From assembly GCA_035084275.1 (NCBI GenBank), contig CM068746.1, positions 41,292,001-41,356,000 on the forward strand: a stretch of 64,000 bases of DNA, read 5' to 3'. Within the stretch, counting starts at the first letter, position 1, and each line of letters begins with the position of its first letter. Both the position numbers and the translations under genes were made by a program. The notes under the pieces are model-generated. The model was not told the origin of the DNA. It ran no database searches and saw only the letters and a list, made by a program, of their open reading frames with translations. The DNA comes from Hydrolagus colliei. Its lineage: Eukaryota. This document shows, piece by piece, positions 59,591 through 64,000 of the stretch.

Positions 59591-61074
59591 CCAACCTGGA
59601 ATGTTGGAATTGCTCCTATGTAAATTATGAGAAAACATGGCAGACAGTTAACAAATGGCAGCGTCCTACAAACAGTCATGAAGTGAACGATTAATTTTAT
59701 CCAGCGGGTTTCAGGAGTTGGTGAATTGCCTGTTGCGCTCAGAGTCGACTCTGCAAAAGCATCTCCAAAGCACTGTACAGGAATGAATGCTCAGTACAAA
59801 ATAAATTAACATTAGTGTGTTGACTTATCATCCTTGGAGGGGAGCGTCAGACTGACTGGAATACAAAACAGCGTTGAGATTTTTTTTTCAGTGACCTTTC
59901 AACTCCCGCTTAATCTCAATGGAACTATCTAATCAATTTCACAATACATTCTAAATAAACTCAAAACTGGGTTCAATCCGGCTCCTGCTACCCCCTGCAG
60001 ACTCACTGGTGAAATATTGATCTCAACAGTTATGCAGCAAAGGTGAATTCAAATTCGCTGAGATTATCTGTTTGATTGAGTTTTGATCTTTCTAAACACT
60101 GTAAACTCTGTCAACTGTCACTACTGCAGTCCCTCGACTCCCGTGGGCAAAACAAGAATCATCCTTGCATTTGATGTAGGATCGTTCACATAAATAACAG
60201 CAGCAACTTGCCTAATAGTAATAATAATAATCCTTGCACTCGATATAGGACCTTATACAAGATAAAACATGTGTTTACTCACTCCACTCCAGAGGGATTG
60301 AGGGAGAGTGTTCCTGAGTTTGGAGGTGTAGTGACTGTCCAGCGCCTTGGGAATCCCGTGAACCTCGCGTGGGACTCGACTCGAAAGGCACTATATACTG
60401 TATTGTAAATACAATTTACTGTTGTTGTCTGCTCTAACACATCTCCTCCGCTGGCTTCTCTGATTCTTGCTCATTCCTCAAACATTGAGGATCACCCTCA
60501 TCGCTCTCCTCTCCTCTGCCGGAACCCATCACACAGCGGCGACAAGAACTTTACATACCCTGACCGGAAAGTGCCTCGCAGGATTTACTACAAAGTGTAG
60601 TGTCTGTTTATTTCTGTCCAATGAATCACACAGGATTGCCAGTTTCAATCGGCTGTGAGGTTGCAAACCAATCTGTGTTGCAGTCTGAGATAATAATAAT
60701 AATAATAATCCTTATGTATTTGATTATTGCACCATATCAAGTAGTTGAAACATCTCACAGAATAGATTGTAAAGTGGACTGACTGTGTATTTTGTGGGTG
60801 GAATAGGCAGTGAATTGTGCATAGCAGATCGCTTGAAAAGAAGTGCTCTTCCCAGCACATTAATTTAAGATGCTGTTGCCACTGAATGAAATCCAAGTGA
60901 TCAAAATTGGTTTCACTTTTGCTCAAAAATACGCCCTAAAATAATGTTCTCCTCGGGACTTTTCAGGGTGGTTGTAAAGCAACTTTCATATAACTGTCAC
61001 CTCGCAAGCCAGTCAAATGTTCTTCTCCAAATGGCCTCTTTACTTGTGATGGCAATTACTATGACAGTTACTAT

Positions 61075-61480
61075 CTTTGCCTTTGATACGCTGCCTTCCA
61101 CGTCAGGAGGACATCGCAAAGCGCTCACAGGATCTTACTTTAAATTGTGGTGACTGCGTATTTTCGCAGGCAAACGCAGCAGCCAGTTTCCAGACACAGT
61201 AATGTCCCACAAATAGCCATGAAGCGAATTCGGGGGTGTGGGGGGGGGGGGGGGTGGGGGGGGGGGAAAGACTTATGGCGAGAACCCCCGGGAGAAAAGT
61301 CCCTCTCTCTCCTCAAATTTACGTAAACAGGGAGACGACATCTCAGTTGACGGTCTCATCTGAAGGACAGACTCCAATAATGCAGCGGGTTTGGAGGTGT
61401 CAGCTGTGAGATCAAAGTCTGGACACGCAGTGGGGGCTGAGCCCCTGACGGGGGAGGCGAGGGAGGGAGCCATGGCTGGC
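61075..61480 (-). mobile_element. Deu-domain SINE with internal poly-G
   Basis: Tail plus gtctcatctgaaggacagactccaataatgcagc (Deu block) and a head remnant. Confidence 0.65.
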
Positions 61481-61615
61481 ACCTAACTGGCAAAACAATT
61501 CAATTGCTTTATGGTTTCTGGTTCTCATATGTTTAATTTAGCTGAGAGGGGGTGGGGGGGGGGGGGGGGGCAAGAGAAAATTCCACATGCTGCGAAACCA
61601 AATTATTAACTCCCA

Positions 61616-61618
<3 letters not shown>

Positions 61619-61656
<38 letters not shown>
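61619..61656. repeat. (TC)n microsatellite
   Basis: Perfect dinucleotide run. Confidence 0.98.
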
Positions 61657-61657
<1 letters not shown>

Positions 61658-61869
61658 AGATGTTAATCAAGGTAGAAAATATTTAGAATTCACTCGAGCC
61701 ATTCAAGCTGCACAGTGCCACCTAATCAAAACAGACTATTAAATTGGATTTAGTGGAAATGAAGAGCATCCCTACACATCGATCCATACAATAGGTCATT
61801 ATAAATACGAACAAGAGCTTTGTGGCTCTTTGCTAACCTGCGCAATCGTCCTTATAGCTGTTAGATTAT

Positions 61870-62170
61870 GGTAATTCCCTGCTTGTCGGTCCTTCCAATT
61901 CTTCCCTCCACAAGCCCCAGATTGTTCAAGACTCTCCTACACCATGAACCGATCACCCCCATCCTCGCCTGGCACCACTGGCTCCCCATCCCTCAGAGGA
62001 TTGAGTTAAAAACGCATTCAAAGCGCTCCACAGCCTTGCTCCTGCCTACCTCTGAAACCTGCTAAATCCATACAGGCCTGTTCTCTCCCTCCACTCAGTG
62101 GCTCTGACCTGCTCCACATCCCCTGGCCGGGCCCGTCCCACCATCGGCAGTGGACCTTTCTCCCTTCCAT
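61870..62170 (+). mobile_element. L2 3' fragment
   Basis: HEPITPILAWHHWLPIPQRIELK. Confidence 0.88.
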
Positions 62171-62204
62171 TGACCTGGCCAACAATCCCTCAATAAACAT
62201 TGTT

Positions 62205-62545
62205 GACTCACTCCACGACTGTTTTGTGCGACACTTCTATGCACAATTGGCTGCCATGTTTTGCCCATCAAATACACGGTCAATAAACTTTACAGTCTAT
62301 CCTGCGAATTGAGACGTCTCAACCACGTGTCAAGGCGCAATATCAATGCAAGGATTATTATGATCATTATGATCCATCCAAACTGATCCTGTGGTTTAGA
62401 AAAAACCCAACTAGAATAACGAATAATAAAAATCCTTGCATTTGATATTGTGCTTTCACTTTGTTGAGAAGCATCAAGGCGCTTCACAGAGTAAAGTGAA
62501 AGTGAATTGACTGTGTGTTTTGTGGACAAAACTGAAACGTTGCCT
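62205..62545. mobile_element. Tail-to-tail SINE 3' fragments: 62205-62362 (+) and 62420-62545 (-)
   Basis: Both match the SINE 3' consensus. Confidence 0.8.
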
Positions 62546-64000
62546 GCCTGTTGCATTTTTACAGCTTTTCCATCCCGACAACAAAGCCAACATTTTTCCA
62601 CAAGATCCTGGCAACGACGGAGAGAAAGAGAGAGCGAGAGAGCGAGAGCGAGAGAGAGGGAGGAAAGAAAGACTTGAGAAAAAGTCAAAGAAGAATTGTG
62701 AACACTGCCACCCGAGGACAGGATATTTATCAGGGAGGTCAAAACCAACATGCTTTACATTTCTCTAATGCAGAAATGCTGAGCAAAATCTTAACTAACA
62801 ACGATTTGCATTAATCAACGAAGTCCACCGCTGTCCCAGCCAGAAGCCCTCTGCCTGGAAATCCATGCATCAAAACTAAATTTATCACCCAATGCAAATG
62901 CCAGCTCACAGCCAAAAATTCACAGGTTTGATAAGGTGCATTGAAGAGCCCTCCGGGGTATGAGAAAAGCAGCTGTAGCTCTCACATTAAGGATATAAAA
63001 TCACCGGAGTCATCCACAAGCCTGAACTTTTTATCCACCAACCCAGTTTCCAAACAGGTGGGCAGCTTGTCAAAATAATGAATGACACCACGGTATTCTT
63101 CTAAATTAAAAAAAGGCTTAAAGGGGTTTGTTCACCTTCACCGTAACGTATCGTGTAATTGCGCTACCAGTGTGAAGGGCGGTGTACATAATGGAATGCT
63201 CTCCTCAGATGGAACATTGCAATCTCTCACACATATACGGTCAATTTCACCCACAAATATACAGTCAATTCACTTTACACTACAGTATATGCTGAGAAGC
63301 GCTTTGAGACGTCCGGAAGACGTGAAAAGCTCTATATCAAATGCAAGGATTCAACTCAACTCTTCACGTTCGAATGATGATAATAATAATAATGAAAGTC
63401 GTAATCCTTGCATCTGATGTAGGGCACGGACAAGATGGACCGAATGGCCTATTTTAAGTTCCACATGATATAGCGTGACACAGCACGCCGGCGGTAAGAA
63501 CACAATCAGTGAGGAACACTGCAAAGAATGTGATCCTCTGCTGTTATGTTGCATTGGTCTGATTCCTGGGCAGTAAATTACCGATGAGAGATGTCCATTG
63601 GTATAGAAAGGTACAATCAGAACCTCAGGTGTCCAGCACACAAGCAGCAAATAACATTTTGTCAACAAATAACTATGCAAATGAAAATCAATAGTATGTG
63701 AACAGGAAATCATTACCAATTCTATTAAACTACACACTACGGCTTTGCGCACACTGCTGGAAAGGTCACACAGTGACTGCATTAGCGCTGGTGAAAAATG
63801 TCTGGTCTACGTGAGGTTCAATTGAAGTGCTTGCAAAGTGCTGAGCTCTGAATCCTGTGATATGAATTAGCTTCTCATGTAACATACGATCCCAGCCCCA
63901 CGGGGAATCCCTTTACTCTGGATTGTGCTGATGATCTGATGAGAGAGAGAGAGACCCTTATTTGCGCTGTGGGTCTCTCGAACCACAAAAACTTTACATA

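Noticed and set aside
59151-59630. 159-aa Ser/Leu/Pro-rich ORF
   Set aside because: Artefact of a CT-rich low-complexity tract.
63769-63810. V(D)J recombination signal heptamer CACAGTG near an octamer
   Set aside because: There is no nonamer at 12- or 23-bp spacing and no V or J coding segment.

Overview
This is eukaryotic, repeat-dense non-coding DNA (an intron or intergenic region) from a cartilaginous fish. A chimaera/elephant-shark-type genome is most likely, inferred from the CR1, L2, SacSINE1-like and Penelope-like repeat signatures. I could not support any host protein-coding gene or true RNA gene. The only long ORF with a recognisable product is a decayed CR1 LINE reverse transcriptase (57808-58890, minus strand). 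The window holds dozens of copies of a tRNA(Val)-headed SINE with a CORE-like middle and an L2-type 3' stem-loop tail, present as long and internally deleted forms. It also holds older Deu-domain SINEs, many L2 and CR1 fragments, Penelope-like ends with hammerhead-ribozyme relics, a pogo/Tigger-like MITE, a possible solo LTR, mini/microsatellites and one assembly gap. The most unusual items are three diverged, colinear copies of an unclassified, possibly coding-derived sequence (about 290-945 minus, 3585-3930 plus, 32968-33470 plus), several fold-back palindromes, and repeat-free blocks with Pbx-Hox/Meis motif clusters. All family assignments come from visual comparison with remembered consensus motifs, not database searches, and most boundaries are approximate.
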